A stretch of 64,000 nucleotides of DNA from Candidatus Latescibacterota bacterium (GCA_965248265.1 CBDFJF010000002.1:2496001-2560000), one strand, 5' to 3'; shown: positions 18,950-29,332, counted from the stretch's first letter. Notes: generated from the sequence alone by a model not told the origin. Made by a program: numbers and translations.

Positions 18950-20494
18950 GTGATTCTCTTTCAACATGGCACCGTCATCGACGGATCAGGACAACCGGCG
19001 AAGCAGGCGTCGGTCCTTGTTCGCGATCAGCAGATAGATTCGGTCGGGGACATCGAAGCATCACCCGAGATGGAGGTCGTCGACTGTTCCGGCCTGGTTA
19101 TCGCGCCGGGTTTCATCGACGTGCACAGCCATGCCGATCTCGAGGTCCTCGAGCACCGGCCCGAGAAGGTTATGCAGGGGGTGACGACGGAGGTCGTCGG
19201 CAATTGTGGTTTTTCCGTTTTCCCGAAGGTGCCTCTCACCGGGCTCGCACCCGTGTTCGATATCGTCTTCGCCGGGCGCGGTGACCGGGAATGGGAGGAC
19301 GCCGGTTCGTACTTCGAAGACGTTGAGGGAGTGCAAACGCGCACCAATGTCGCCGCTCTCACCGGACACTCCAGTCTCCGGGCCGGAGTCACCGGCATGA
19401 AGGCGGGAAGCCTCCAGGGTGATGATCTGCGCGAAGTGGAGAAACGGCTGAGGGCGTGTCTCGAACAAGGTTCGATCGGGATGTCCACGGGCTTGAACGA
19501 GGTGCCCAGCAGCTACGGTGATTTCGACGAGCTGGTTGGTCTGTGCCGCATCGTCCATGAGCACGGCGCCCTCTACACCAGTCACCTGAGAGACTACAAA
19601 TTCCAGTTTGTCGAGGCGGTGCAGGAGGCACTCGATCTGGGTCGCGCCTCCGGAGTGCCTGTCCAGCTCTCCCATCTGCAGGCCGCGGGGCGCAAGAACT
19701 GGGACAAGATGGATCCGGTGTTGGAGCTGATCGACAAGGCTCACAGCGAGGGAGTCGACGTCGGTATCGATGCCTACCCCTATGTGGCCGGCTCGTGCAA
19801 TATCACGCAGCTGTTACCCATCTGGTGCATGGAAGGGGGTACGGAGCAGCTGATGTCGAGGTTACGGGATCCGGAAAGCCGGGCGCGGATCGCCGAGGAG
19901 ACCGACAGCGGGATGTCCAATGTCTGGGCGGACATCATGCTGGCAACCCTGGACAATCCGGACCAACAGGCCATCATCGGCACCACGGTGCAGGATGTGG
20001 CGGATGAGCGAGGATGTGCCGCGGTTGAAGCAGCCCTCGACCTGCTGATCGAGAACGAGTGCGGCATCATGATCATTTCATTCAATCAGTCTGATGAAAA
20101 TCTGCGCAAGGTGTTGACGCATCCACTGACCTCGATCATCACGGATGGCCTCGTGACCGAGGGCAAACCCCACCCGCGAACCTTTGGGACGTATCCGACC
20201 TTTCTCGGGGAATACGTGCGCGACAAGGGCTGGATGTCATTGGAAGACGCCGTGCGTAAGGTGAGTGCGCTGCCGGCGGCGCGCTTCGGTCTGGAAGGCA
20301 GGGGATTGCTGCAACCCGGATGCCACGCAGACCTCATCGTGTTCTCGGCGGACGGGATCGGCACGCGCGGCGACTACGTGGAGCCAGAGCACACCCCAGA
20401 TGGGATCGAGCACGTGCTCATCAATGGCGCCTGGGCGATACGGAAGGGTCGCTTCGATCAGGCAATTTGTTCGGGGCAGCCGCTGAGAGTCTGA
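18950..20494 (+). CDS. N-acyl-D-amino-acid deacylase (D-aminoacylase)
   Basis: PGFIDVHSHAD, QGVTTEVVGNCG, SHLR, DAYPYVAG, HPRTFGTYP. Confidence 0.92.
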   Translation: MILFQHGTVIDGSGQPAKQASVLVRDQQIDSVGDIEASPEMEVVDCSGLVIAPGFIDVHSHADLEVLEHRPEKVMQGVTTEVVGNCGFSVFPKVPLTGLAPVFDIVFAGRGDREWEDAGSYFEDVEGVQTRTNVAALTGHSSLRAGVTGMKAGSLQGDDLREVEKRLRACLEQGSIGMSTGLNEVPSSYGDFDELVGLCRIVHEHGALYTSHLRDYKFQFVEAVQEALDLGRASGVPVQLSHLQAAGRKNWDKMDPVLELIDKAHSEGVDVGIDAYPYVAGSCNITQLLPIWCMEGGTEQLMSRLRDPESRARIAEETDSGMSNVWADIMLATLDNPDQQAIIGTTVQDVADERGCAAVEAALDLLIENECGIMIISFNQSDENLRKVLTHPLTSIITDGLVTEGKPHPRTFGTYPTFLGEYVRDKGWMSLEDAVRKVSALPAARFGLEGRGLLQPGCHADLIVFSADGIGTRGDYVEPEHTPDGIEHVLINGAWAIRKGRFDQAICSGQPLRV

Positions 20495-20524
20495 AGTGGG
20501 GATCCGGGTGGCAATGGTGAAGCG

Positions 20525-21322
20525 ATGAGCGACCTGGAACTGCAGAAATACCTGTTTGACCTCAACGGCTATATCGTTATCCAGAATGCGTTGGGTGCCG
20601 ATGAACTGACGTTGCTGAACGAGATATTCGATCGTCAGGAGCGGCCGAGGGACTCCGTCATGATGTCCTACGGGGGTGGTTCCATTACCGGTCCCGGAGT
20701 CCTTGCGTATGGGCAGCCATTTGTCGATCTCCTTGACCATCCGGCGATCCTGCCCGTGTTGCGGTTTCGTCTGGGAGACTGTTTCCGTCTCGATCGACTG
20801 TACGCCATCGCGATGAGTCGTGGCATGTCGAAGGGTGTGATGCATTCGGATTACGGCGCATCGTCGCCGATTGCCGGCTCAGCGCCGGGTGAATACTATC
20901 CGTTTCCGCTGAACGAGATTCACAGCGGCTTCACGGTGGTCTCCTGGAATCTCACTGACTCCGGACCCGACGTCGGGGGGTTCAGCTGCATCCCCGGCAG
21001 CCACAAAAGCAATTACAGATTGCCGCAGCAGCTGGCGGACGCGGGTGACGAGTCGCCGCACGCCACTATCCCGCACGCGCCCGCAGGTTCCGTTACACTG
21101 TTCACGGAAGCGATTACACACAGTACATCGGCCTGGCACGGAGGACACGAGCGTCGCAATCTGCTCTACAAGTACTGCGTGTCGCAGATGGCCTGGGGCA
21201 GCAGCCGCGTACAAGCGCCCGACGACTGCGCGCTGACACCGCGCCAGGAAAGGCTGCTGTCAGAGCCTGCCGAACCCTACCGATTTTTTCCCTCCCTGTT
21301 CGAAGAAGAGCCAACGTCGTGA
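20525..21322 (+). CDS. PhyH-family dioxygenase
   Basis: YLFDLNGY, HSD, GGFSCIPGSHK, EAITH, RRNLLYKY. Confidence 0.88.
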   Translation: MSDLELQKYLFDLNGYIVIQNALGADELTLLNEIFDRQERPRDSVMMSYGGGSITGPGVLAYGQPFVDLLDHPAILPVLRFRLGDCFRLDRLYAIAMSRGMSKGVMHSDYGASSPIAGSAPGEYYPFPLNEIHSGFTVVSWNLTDSGPDVGGFSCIPGSHKSNYRLPQQLADAGDESPHATIPHAPAGSVTLFTEAITHSTSAWHGGHERRNLLYKYCVSQMAWGSSRVQAPDDCALTPRQERLLSEPAEPYRFFPSLFEEEPTS

Positions 21323-21804
21323 TGCAGCTTGCGCAGATCGCGGAGCAGGTCGGAGCGCTGCTCAAAGAGCGCACAGAGACTGTGGCAGTTGCGGAATCAT
21401 CAGCCGGCGGCGTCATATCGGCAGCGTTGCTCGCCGTTGCCGGAGCCTCCGCCTACTTCAAGGGCGGTGGTGTGGTGTACACCGGCGAGGCAAAGCAGAC
21501 GCTGATGGCGATGACGGACGAAGCCATGGCGGAGGCGCGTGCAGCCACCCAGAGCCATGCCCTGCACCTGGCCCGCGCCGCGCGCATTCGCCTCGGTACG
21601 GACTGGGGGATTGGCGAAACCGGGGCGGCGGGGCCCACCGGCAATCGTTACGGCGATTCGCCAGGGCACACCTGTATCGCCGTGTCGGGACCGCGCGAGA
21701 AAACCGTGACCATCGAGACCGGCAACGACGGTCGCGAGCAAAACATGTGGGCCTTCGCGGGTGCGGCTCTAGATCTGCTCGGCGAATGTATTCGCTGCGA
21801 ATGA
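21319..21804 (+). CDS. cinA: CinA C-terminal / PncC-like family protein
   Basis: VAVAESSAGG, GASAYF.GG.V.Y, ETGAAGPTG. Confidence 0.85.
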   Translation: MMQLAQIAEQVGALLKERTETVAVAESSAGGVISAALLAVAGASAYFKGGGVVYTGEAKQTLMAMTDEAMAEARAATQSHALHLARAARIRLGTDWGIGETGAAGPTGNRYGDSPGHTCIAVSGPREKTVTIETGNDGREQNMWAFAGAALDLLGECIRCE

Positions 21805-21837
21805 AGCTCGCCCCCGCCCCATCCTTGAGGATGTTGC

Positions 21838-22018
21838 GATGCCACGCCGACCTCATCGTGCTCTCGGCAGAGGGATTGGCACGCGCGGCGATTACGTGGA
21901 GCAGGAGCACACTCCCGATGGGATCGAGCACGTGCTCATCAATGGCGCCTGGGCGATACGGCAGGGTCGCTTTGATCAGGCAATTTGCTCGGGGCAGCCG
22001 CTGAGAGTCTGAAGTGGG
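21838..22018 (+). repeat. Diverged direct-repeat copy (~93%) of the last ~58 codons of the D-aminoacylase gene plus 6 bp downstream (20319-20500)
   Basis: Manual alignment: 12 substitutions and a 1-bp deletion over ~182 bp; both copies end ...CTGAGAGTCTGAAGTGGG. Confidence 0.95.
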
Positions 22019-22024
22019 AGAGTC

Positions 22025-23962
22025 CTACTGAAACGGTACCGGTATACCGTTGCCATGCCACGGGAACGCGTATGATGGGTCGTTCAAGAAACGCTGCATG
22101 CCGGCGCCGATGCGGATGGAGGTCGATGGGGGTAGTTCAACGGTGAGGTGCTTGCCCCCTACGGTCATCGTCTGCGTCGTTTCGCCATCCTGGTGCTGAA
22201 CATCGGTGAAATTGTGCTCGCCGAAGGCGCCGGCCTGGACGATGACGGTGCGAGATTCGGTCGCGCTCAGGTTTACCAGCTGCAAGCCAACTCGATTTCC
22301 CTTTATCTCGTCAACCAGGGCGGCCACGTCTGAGGGCACTCCCGGGCGCCCGTTTTCGGGGTCGAAGTAACGGACGGTGGCGCGCAGCAAGCCGCCGTGA
22401 TAGACGGACTGTGGGGCACCCAGCATGACGTTGGTCAGCACGTTGGTGTGCACGGGGTTCGGCGGCACGCGATTGTCGGCGATGATCTCGGCTGCCGTGC
22501 GGCCGTCGTCGCAGGTATCGCGATACACTTTCAGGGCGCTCTCCAGTTCCGCCTGCAGAATGGCGACGGGCCAGTCTGGATTCTGGCCCTCGTAGTACTG
22601 GAAGCGCGGGTACTCGGGCGTCCAATGGTAGATATCCGGTCCCTCCACCTTGTTGTCATTCCAGTCGAAGCTGACATCCCCCTCCCGTACCCACATCAAC
22701 AACTCGTGATCTTCATCTGATAGAGAAGCGTGGTAGAGGTGGGCGAGCTCGTTCATGCGCACCGGCTGGTCGCGGCCTGTCACCGGGTTCCACATCTTGT
22801 GTCCCCAGCCGTTGGCATCGTGACGGACCGCCTGCAGAAACTGGCCGTCCTCGCGGGTGATGCCGTTGTCGATGAGGACCTTAATCTGAGAGCGCAGCAG
22901 GTCGAGGTAGCCGAAGTCGCCGGTCAGCAGCTGGGCGCATTCGGCGGCGATGGTCAGTGAGTGGAAGAGGATGTTGAAGCCGCAGTAGCTACTCCAGCCA
23001 TACATGGCACCCCACCAGCAGCCATCGCGATGCTCGCCGATCTTTCCGGTCGGTCCGACGTTGTCGGGGATGACGCCGTTGTTCTGCTGGATGCGTTCCA
23101 TCCAGGCATCCGTGTACTCGACAACCCAGTCCTTGTAGCGCGAGTCACCAGTGTAGAGGTAGGCGTTGGTAAGCAGGCCAGTGGCGCCCAGGTTGTTGGG
23201 GGTGTCGGCGTTGAGGACGATGTGATCGAAGAGGCCGACAATCTCCTCGCGGCGTTTGTCGTCCTTCCACCAATCAGGTTCAAGGTCCGGCACAATCGGG
23301 TAGAGGGATGAGCGGGTGCCGTAGTAGTTGACCTTGCCGTCGAAATCTGCGGGGCCGTACAGGAAGGCGTGGGTCTTTTGCGCGCTCGCCTTGTGCCACG
23401 GTCCCTGACCGGTCTGCATCGGCGAGCGTAGCACCTTGTAGCGCGGGTCGTAATTGGGTGCCGCCGGGTCTTCGCCCGTGTAGAAGGAGGCGAACAGTTT
23501 CGAGCGCCGCACGTTCTCCGAGATTGTCGGATCGGCCAGCCCCAGGTGGTAAAAAGCCATGTTGCCCTCGCCCTTGTGATGCCACTCGGCATCGCCCGGG
23601 TGGACCAGGCCATAGTACTCCCTGTGAACGGAGGGGGTAAATCTGTCGTGGACGCGACTGACGATGCTGTCGTCACCATAGCGGGTCACGGCGTTCCAGT
23701 GCGCGAGGGTCAGATCAAGAATGCGCTCGCTGGCTCCCATCGAATAGAACAGACCCCAGTTGTAAATCATCTCCCACAGATCATCGACATCATCGGAGTA
23801 GTAGGGCACGCCACCGCGCTCAGAGTACTTGCTCGCCTTGAGCTCGACAGACTGCTCCATGACTTCAATCAGTTGACGCTCGAGGAGGGCCCACGCCGGC
23901 GGCGCGGATTGGCTGGTTGCTCTGACTGTGGGGAAGTCGATCTCGATGGCCCGGCTGCGCAT
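22025..23962 (-). CDS. Uncharacterised ~650-aa protein, paralogue 1 (possible alpha/alpha-barrel enzyme)
   Basis: Shares DD.[YW]E, W.H.GEG, PDNVGPTGK.GE.RDG.WW, QAG..GEH and PSYAFP with 29333-31336 and 31355-33301. Confidence 0.8.
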   Translation of the reverse strand: MRSRAIEIDFPTVRATSQSAPPAWALLERQLIEVMEQSVELKASKYSERGGVPYYSDDVDDLWEMIYNWGLFYSMGASERILDLTLAHWNAVTRYGDDSIVSRVHDRFTPSVHREYYGLVHPGDAEWHHKGEGNMAFYHLGLADPTISENVRRSKLFASFYTGEDPAAPNYDPRYKVLRSPMQTGQGPWHKASAQKTHAFLYGPADFDGKVNYYGTRSSLYPIVPDLEPDWWKDDKRREEIVGLFDHIVLNADTPNNLGATGLLTNAYLYTGDSRYKDWVVEYTDAWMERIQQNNGVIPDNVGPTGKIGEHRDGCWWGAMYGWSSYCGFNILFHSLTIAAECAQLLTGDFGYLDLLRSQIKVLIDNGITREDGQFLQAVRHDANGWGHKMWNPVTGRDQPVRMNELAHLYHASLSDEDHELLMWVREGDVSFDWNDNKVEGPDIYHWTPEYPRFQYYEGQNPDWPVAILQAELESALKVYRDTCDDGRTAAEIIADNRVPPNPVHTNVLTNVMLGAPQSVYHGGLLRATVRYFDPENGRPGVPSDVAALVDEIKGNRVGLQLVNLSATESRTVIVQAGAFGEHNFTDVQHQDGETTQTMTVGGKHLTVELPPSTSIRIGAGMQRFLNDPSYAFPWHGNGIPVPFQ

Positions 23963-24010
23963 GCTGTATCTCCTAACTTCGACGCCAGCGCGGTGGCGCG
24001 GTCAGTTGAA

Positions 24011-24787
24011 TCAGGCGTTGCGGGCGTACTGCAAGCCGAGATCAGGGAGATCCTTCACCATTTCCCTGATGCAGGTGAACTCGCTGTTCAAGAAGGTCTC
24101 GTGGGGCTGAAACACCTTCGGACTGTATAGCTGAAGCGTGCGCAGGTGTTGTGCAGTGGTTGGTCTGGCGGCGAACTTGAAGGCGAGAAATCGTCGGCCT
24201 TTCCTGCCTCCATGCAGGCCGTGCCACAGGTACTGGTTGAAGAGGACGACATCACCGGGTTCAGTCTCGACGGGGTAGGCCGGAATCTCCGCTTCCACTA
24301 CGCCAAATGGATTATCCGCAGCCCTGGATTCCTGTGGACTAAGGGCCTGGTGGAAATGCTGCCGGTGTGAGCCGAGGATGAAGCGGATGCATCCCGTGTC
24401 GACGGTCAGCTTCTCAAGGTACATCATAACCTTGATCCGCGGGTAGTCGACCCAATCGCGCTCCCACTTCTCGCCGTCGAGCTGGTAATAACGGCGGTCG
24501 GCATGCCACTGGCTCTTGGTGTACTCGGAAACAACACCCTCTGAGCCGACGAATATGTAGCCACTTCCGAGCAGCTTCGATATCGGGTCGTGAATACGAT
24601 CGTCCGCGGCAAGCCGGGTCAGGCAGGCATTGCGTTCGGCGAAGTACCCACCCGATTCACTGCCCGTTTCCTCCCAGACCGTCTCGGCGGATCGTGTTAT
24701 CTCCTCCATCTCTTCGGGGGTGAACGCTTGTCGCAGACACAGGAAACCGAAGGTGTCGAAGTGGGCGATCTGTTCTTGCTCGATCAT
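24011..24787 (-). CDS. PhyH-family dioxygenase
   Basis: HFDTFGFL, WHAD, GSH, PGDVVLFN..WHG. Confidence 0.88.
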   Translation of the reverse strand: MIEQEQIAHFDTFGFLCLRQAFTPEEMEEITRSAETVWEETGSESGGYFAERNACLTRLAADDRIHDPISKLLGSGYIFVGSEGVVSEYTKSQWHADRRYYQLDGEKWERDWVDYPRIKVMMYLEKLTVDTGCIRFILGSHRQHFHQALSPQESRAADNPFGVVEAEIPAYPVETEPGDVVLFNQYLWHGLHGGRKGRRFLAFKFAARPTTAQHLRTLQLYSPKVFQPHETFLNSEFTCIREMVKDLPDLGLQYARNA

Positions 24788-24799
24788 GGCTGAGATCGT

Positions 24800-26347
24800 C
24801 TACGAAGGCGGCGGTATCTTGAGCGGGTCCAGGGATTCGGGACGGTCGCATTCGGTGTAGCGCATGTGGACCTCGACTCCCGTTAGCGTGCGGGCAAAGC
24901 CGGCCGTTTTCTCCTTGCGGACGATTTCAATCTCGAGGGTGTTGTCGCCTTGCACAACATCGTTCACGCCGAGTGTCCAACGCATCCAGTAGGTTCCGCG
25001 TCTGGGTTCGTAAGTGACCTTGCGATCGATGAGGAGGTTGTTGCCGTTGAATGCGATCGTCACCTCGTCCTCGACGCAGAACGATTGAAAAGTCAGTGTC
25101 AATATGGGGTTTCGCAGCTCGTCGTCGGCTTTGGCACCATCGATCTCATCGCCGATGACGATCGGTACGGTCTCCTTCGCCCCCTCCTGAAGCACCAGCG
25201 GAAGCTGGCGGCCGTCTGGTTTGGCGTAACTGGGCAGATCTTCCCGCGGCGGCAGGAAGTAGCGCTTGTCGTGACGTAGTGCCGCTTCGGGGTTGGACAT
25301 CTCGCGAAGGAGACGATACTCGGCATCGGCGAAGGGCCAGGGCAGGTAGCCGAGGTAGATGCCGGCAAAGCCGTGCCAGTGCGCCGTCTGCCTGAAGGCG
25401 CGGAACATCTCGATGTTGGCGATGCTGGCGCGGGTGTCGTCCAGTTTTCGGTTGGGGCGCAGGTAGGCGGAAACGCCAGCGGCATTGGCGGCATCGGCCA
25501 GCCATTTGCCACCGTGGGCGCCGGTGTCGAGGAGCATGTTGGGAACCTGGCCAACGACGTAGTCGATGTCGCCGGCGGCGATCCAGGCTTCGACGTCGAG
25601 GCCGATGCTCAGGTTTTCCTCGCGGCGGTGCCAGACTCTGGCCTGGACTGGAATTGTACGCGATTGGAGCTCACCGATCTCCGTGGCAAGCGCCTTCACC
25701 TCAGCCACGAATCCGTTCATCACCGGTATACAGGCTTCCGTTTCGTTCTGCCGGAAGTAGAGTGGGAAGAACATGAAGTCGAGTTCGATTCCATCCGCTT
25801 CATAGTCCACGAGCACTTCGCGAATCAGACTCAGCTTCTCGGCGCGAACAACCTCGTTGGCATAGTCATAACACCATTCGGTCTTATGGTTGGCGAATCG
25901 GTCGTCACCGCTGCCAAGCGTAACCTCTTTGCCCTGGTGCCACTTCAACCAACCGCACCGTTCCCCGCCCTGCTCCGTCGGGTCCTGCAGCTTGAGACTG
26001 GGGAAGACCCTGATTCCAGCCGCGCGGCCGTGTTTGATCACCTCGCGCAGCTGGTCGGTACCCATGGCCGCAGCGTCTTTGACGTTGCGCATAATGCGCC
26101 AGTTGATGAAGCCGCCGAAGACTTCCTGCTCCTGGCCGATGATGCGGCCAATCTTGGTCTGATGGAAGTAGACGTCGGCGAAGCCGAGGCCGAAGCTGAG
26201 CTGATCGACGCCGGTGCCCGAGAGCTCATCGATCGGCCAGCGCATCTTGTGCAGGTTCAGTGGGGGATCGAGACGCTTGAAATGGAAGTGGTGGGCGTCG
26301 CTGTAGTAGATGAGCCGGGGAGGTGGGGGCGTGCCGTGGGTAGCCAT
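24800..26347 (-). CDS. GHL10/DUF187-like TIM-barrel protein
   Basis: LIYYSDAHH, DYANEVVR, YEADGIELDF. Confidence 0.65.
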   Translation of the reverse strand: MATHGTPPPPRLIYYSDAHHFHFKRLDPPLNLHKMRWPIDELSGTGVDQLSFGLGFADVYFHQTKIGRIIGQEQEVFGGFINWRIMRNVKDAAAMGTDQLREVIKHGRAAGIRVFPSLKLQDPTEQGGERCGWLKWHQGKEVTLGSGDDRFANHKTEWCYDYANEVVRAEKLSLIREVLVDYEADGIELDFMFFPLYFRQNETEACIPVMNGFVAEVKALATEIGELQSRTIPVQARVWHRREENLSIGLDVEAWIAAGDIDYVVGQVPNMLLDTGAHGGKWLADAANAAGVSAYLRPNRKLDDTRASIANIEMFRAFRQTAHWHGFAGIYLGYLPWPFADAEYRLLREMSNPEAALRHDKRYFLPPREDLPSYAKPDGRQLPLVLQEGAKETVPIVIGDEIDGAKADDELRNPILTLTFQSFCVEDEVTIAFNGNNLLIDRKVTYEPRRGTYWMRWTLGVNDVVQGDNTLEIEIVRKEKTAGFARTLTGVEVHMRYTECDRPESLDPLKIPPPS

Positions 26348-26358
26348 CGTGACTCCAG

Positions 26359-27495
26359 TCAGTGTCCGGGGATGTAGAGGCTGCGGTCCTCCACCGGGAG
26401 CGAGACCCGGGCGCCGCCCTGCAGATGGGAGTGAGCCACCGCGATCTCGGCCTCCGTAATCCGTAGTGTGCGGTCGATATTGCCGCTGGTCCGTTCGCCG
26501 GTGTCCAACTCGCGGATGATCTCGCGAATGATGACGACGGTCGGGCTTTCACCCTTTGGCCAGATGGTCTCCTCGACAATTCCTCCATTCGCCTTGCGCC
26601 GCACATGGAAGTCGTTGCCGCCATCCCAGGCGCAGGCGCGGCCGTCGCTGCCGTGGACTTCGAACTCGCAACCACCCTGTCGCGGGACAAACACGGACTC
26701 CGTGCCATCGGCGTAACCGACGCGGGCAAAACCCAACACCGGCTCCGCGTAGATGATGTCACCTGGAGGGACAAAGCGGTTGCCGGCGGTGTCGAAGGAG
26801 GGAATCGGCATCGGACGTTGGGTCAGCTCCGTGCCCTCGCGTGGTCCCATCCGCCCTTCGCCCGGGTCGAGGGGCTCGCCTGCCTCCACGAGCCGGCCTT
26901 CGACCCAAACAGGTTCAGGGTCACCCAGCAGCATGGCCACGGTGTCGAAGGAGTGACTGTGGTGTTTCATCAGATCCGTGACCCAGAAGGTGAACGCGAA
27001 CTGGGGCTCACCGATGTCACCACGCTCAATCGCCTGGCGCAGGCGCACGAAGCCGTCGTGGTAGCGGCGCTCGGCACCGAAGTTGAAAGCGACGTTGTTC
27101 GCCCTGCACGCAGCGGCGATGCGATCGGCCTCGTCAAGTGACGCGCACAGCGCCTTTTCCGCGTAGATACCGCGCACTCCGTTCTCGGCGGCAAAAATGA
27201 TAGGCTCGGCGCGAAACTGGGATTGGGTGGTGACACTGACGATGTCCGGCTTTTCCTTCTCGATCATCTCGCGGTAATCGAGGTAGGTGTTGGTGATGCC
27301 GAAGCGGTCCGTGAACATCTGCAGTCGACCTTCGCTGCGCCCCGCCACGCCCACGACCTCGGTCTGCTCGATGAAGTCGTAGGCCGCGTAATGGCCGTGT
27401 GGTTTGCGGTATGTATTGTTCGGCTGCTCGTCTTCGAGCAAACCGCCGATGCGGCCGGCTCCGATGATGGCGGCACGGTATGTTGAATCACCCAT
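26359..27495 (-). CDS. Gfo/Idh/MocA oxidoreductase
   Basis: IIGAGRIG, PDIVSVTT, IYAEKAL, HSFD. Confidence 0.88.
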   Translation of the reverse strand: MGDSTYRAAIIGAGRIGGLLEDEQPNNTYRKPHGHYAAYDFIEQTEVVGVAGRSEGRLQMFTDRFGITNTYLDYREMIEKEKPDIVSVTTQSQFRAEPIIFAAENGVRGIYAEKALCASLDEADRIAAACRANNVAFNFGAERRYHDGFVRLRQAIERGDIGEPQFAFTFWVTDLMKHHSHSFDTVAMLLGDPEPVWVEGRLVEAGEPLDPGEGRMGPREGTELTQRPMPIPSFDTAGNRFVPPGDIIYAEPVLGFARVGYADGTESVFVPRQGGCEFEVHGSDGRACAWDGGNDFHVRRKANGGIVEETIWPKGESPTVVIIREIIRELDTGERTSGNIDRTLRITEAEIAVAHSHLQGGARVSLPVEDRSLYIPGH

Positions 27496-27497
27496 CG

Positions 27498-28175
27498 CTA
27501 TTCTCCTCCACCTCGACCCGACAGTCCAAGCCCCTTCAGATAGCCTTCACCGGATTGCCAGCGGGCGAATATCTGTTCTTCCTCAGTCTCAATGTCGCGT
27601 GCCGCCTCGATCACCGCAGGAGCGTCCGTAGTCGAGCAGAACACGATGCCATCCTCATCGGCGATGACGAGATCGCCCGGGGTAACCCTGACACCGCCGA
27701 TGTCGACGTCAATGGCCGTCTCAGCACCGACATAGCCTTCTGGCACACGGCCGAGGAAGGAGTCCGTGCTGATCTGCCGGTGAAACATCTGCATGCCCTG
27801 GGCTGTGACGTCGGCGGTATCGCGAATGCAGCCGTCGATGACAACGCCGGTGAGACCGGCGTGAACGAATGAGCGACTGGCTCCGCCCCCAAATGGAGAT
27901 CGCAATCCAAGGCGCGACTCCGTGACGAGGACGGGACTGGGAACCTGGCCAGCCTGCGTGAAGGCGGTATCGAATACGTACGGATGCGGTTCGGACTCGG
28001 TCGGGTAATAGTCGAGACGCAAGGTTACGACTGTGCCGGCGACGCGCTTCCCGGGAATGAGTGGGCGTAAAGCCGGGTCGGCGATGCGCCGCGGCATTGC
28101 CAGAACCTGCATGCCGTCAGCTATGAACGGCGAACCGAGCTCGTGGAAGGTCTTGATGCAGTCTATCGTATTCAA
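27498..28175 (-). CDS. RraA/HMG-aldolase family protein
   Basis: AGTVVT, FGG, GVVIDGCIRD, VTPGDLVIADEDGIV; probable TTG start at 28175 (the ORF track over-extends it). Confidence 0.85.
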   Translation of the reverse strand: MNTIDCIKTFHELGSPFIADGMQVLAMPRRIADPALRPLIPGKRVAGTVVTLRLDYYPTESEPHPYVFDTAFTQAGQVPSPVLVTESRLGLRSPFGGGASRSFVHAGLTGVVIDGCIRDTADVTAQGMQMFHRQISTDSFLGRVPEGYVGAETAIDVDIGGVRVTPGDLVIADEDGIVFCSTTDAPAVIEAARDIETEEEQIFARWQSGEGYLKGLGLSGRGGGE

Positions 28176-28176
28176 A

Positions 28177-29325
28177 TCAGGAGTTCCGGACGACGTCGCC
28201 GACGAAAAAATCATCGGGTAGAATGCTCTTGATTGGTATGGCGTGCCTGTATTCCGGCAAACCGATCGTCGTAACCACACCCATGGCGGTGAAGTGTCCA
28301 CACTCGCCGCTGGCTCCGCACTTGTTGCCACCACTGTGGCTGCGCAGCCAATCCGGGTCGGTGATGCGCTCGCCCTTCCACATGCCGCGGGTAGCGTTGA
28401 GGTGGCCGAAGCGCGCCAGGTCAGAGGCGCTGAGGACACACCAACCAGGTCCGCTGCGCACTGGCACGCCTCCGATCTCGTACGGAGGATCCAGGTAGGT
28501 ATAGGTGTCAGGCAGTCCGGGGTAGAAATCCTTCTGATCCTTGACGTCGCCGCCGTTGTACCAATCCCAACGTTCGTAGGGGATGCCGATGGCATCGAAC
28601 AAGCGCTCCTGAATTACGTCCTTGAGGTCGCGGCCCCACACATGGGTCAGGGCCTGACCAAGGCGCCAGAAGCCTGCGCTGCTGTAGATGGAATGGGCGC
28701 CTGGTTTCGCGTGTGAGTAGCAGTCGTAGAACGGGTCACCGGTCCAGGTGGCCCACTCGGCGACCCCGGGCACCGTATCAGCCTCTTGCAGGCCGGTCCG
28801 CTTCTCCGTCCAACGGATGCCGATCTCGAAGGGGAAGCCGCCCCAGTGTACGCTGTCATCACGCCGTCCTACGAGGTGTCGCCAGGTGAGTGTCTGGTGG
28901 TGACCTCGGTCGAGGTGCTTGTGTTCGTGCGACAGTTCACCGGCTCCGGTCCAGGTTTTGTGGATTGGTTCGTCGGGATCGAGCAGGCCATCATTGGCGG
29001 CGCACCCCAGGGCGATCCAGGTCAACGCCTTGCCGACGGATGCGGTGTGATGCTGGTAGTGGCGGTCGCCCCATGACTGGACGATGTAGCCGCCTCTGGT
29101 CAGAACCGCGCCGTGTTTGTTGCCGCTGTGGTCCTCGCCGAGAAAGCTGGCGCCCTTCACATCCAGGCCGGTGACCCAGTCAGCGAATCTTTCGGGATCG
29201 AGGCCGGCTTCCTCCGGGGAGATTTCTATCCAGTCATCATCCGGATAGGTGACCCAGTCCGGTACCTCCACGGTCAGGGTCGGTGCGATCAGATCTGCAT
29301 TCTTTTCCGTCTGACTCAGTGTCAT
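28177..29325 (-). CDS. Serine hydrolase, beta-lactamase/AmpC-related family
   Basis: SxxK (SVGK), PG...YSS, SASDLARFG. Confidence 0.8.
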   Translation of the reverse strand: MTLSQTEKNADLIAPTLTVEVPDWVTYPDDDWIEISPEEAGLDPERFADWVTGLDVKGASFLGEDHSGNKHGAVLTRGGYIVQSWGDRHYQHHTASVGKALTWIALGCAANDGLLDPDEPIHKTWTGAGELSHEHKHLDRGHHQTLTWRHLVGRRDDSVHWGGFPFEIGIRWTEKRTGLQEADTVPGVAEWATWTGDPFYDCYSHAKPGAHSIYSSAGFWRLGQALTHVWGRDLKDVIQERLFDAIGIPYERWDWYNGGDVKDQKDFYPGLPDTYTYLDPPYEIGGVPVRSGPGWCVLSASDLARFGHLNATRGMWKGERITDPDWLRSHSGGNKCGASGECGHFTAMGVVTTIGLPEYRHAIPIKSILPDDFFVGDVVRNS

Positions 29326-29332
29326 AAGGTCT

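Noticed and set aside
28176-28595. N-terminal extension of the RraA ORF
   Set aside because: Overlaps the serine hydrolase gene; RraA-like sequence starts near 28175.
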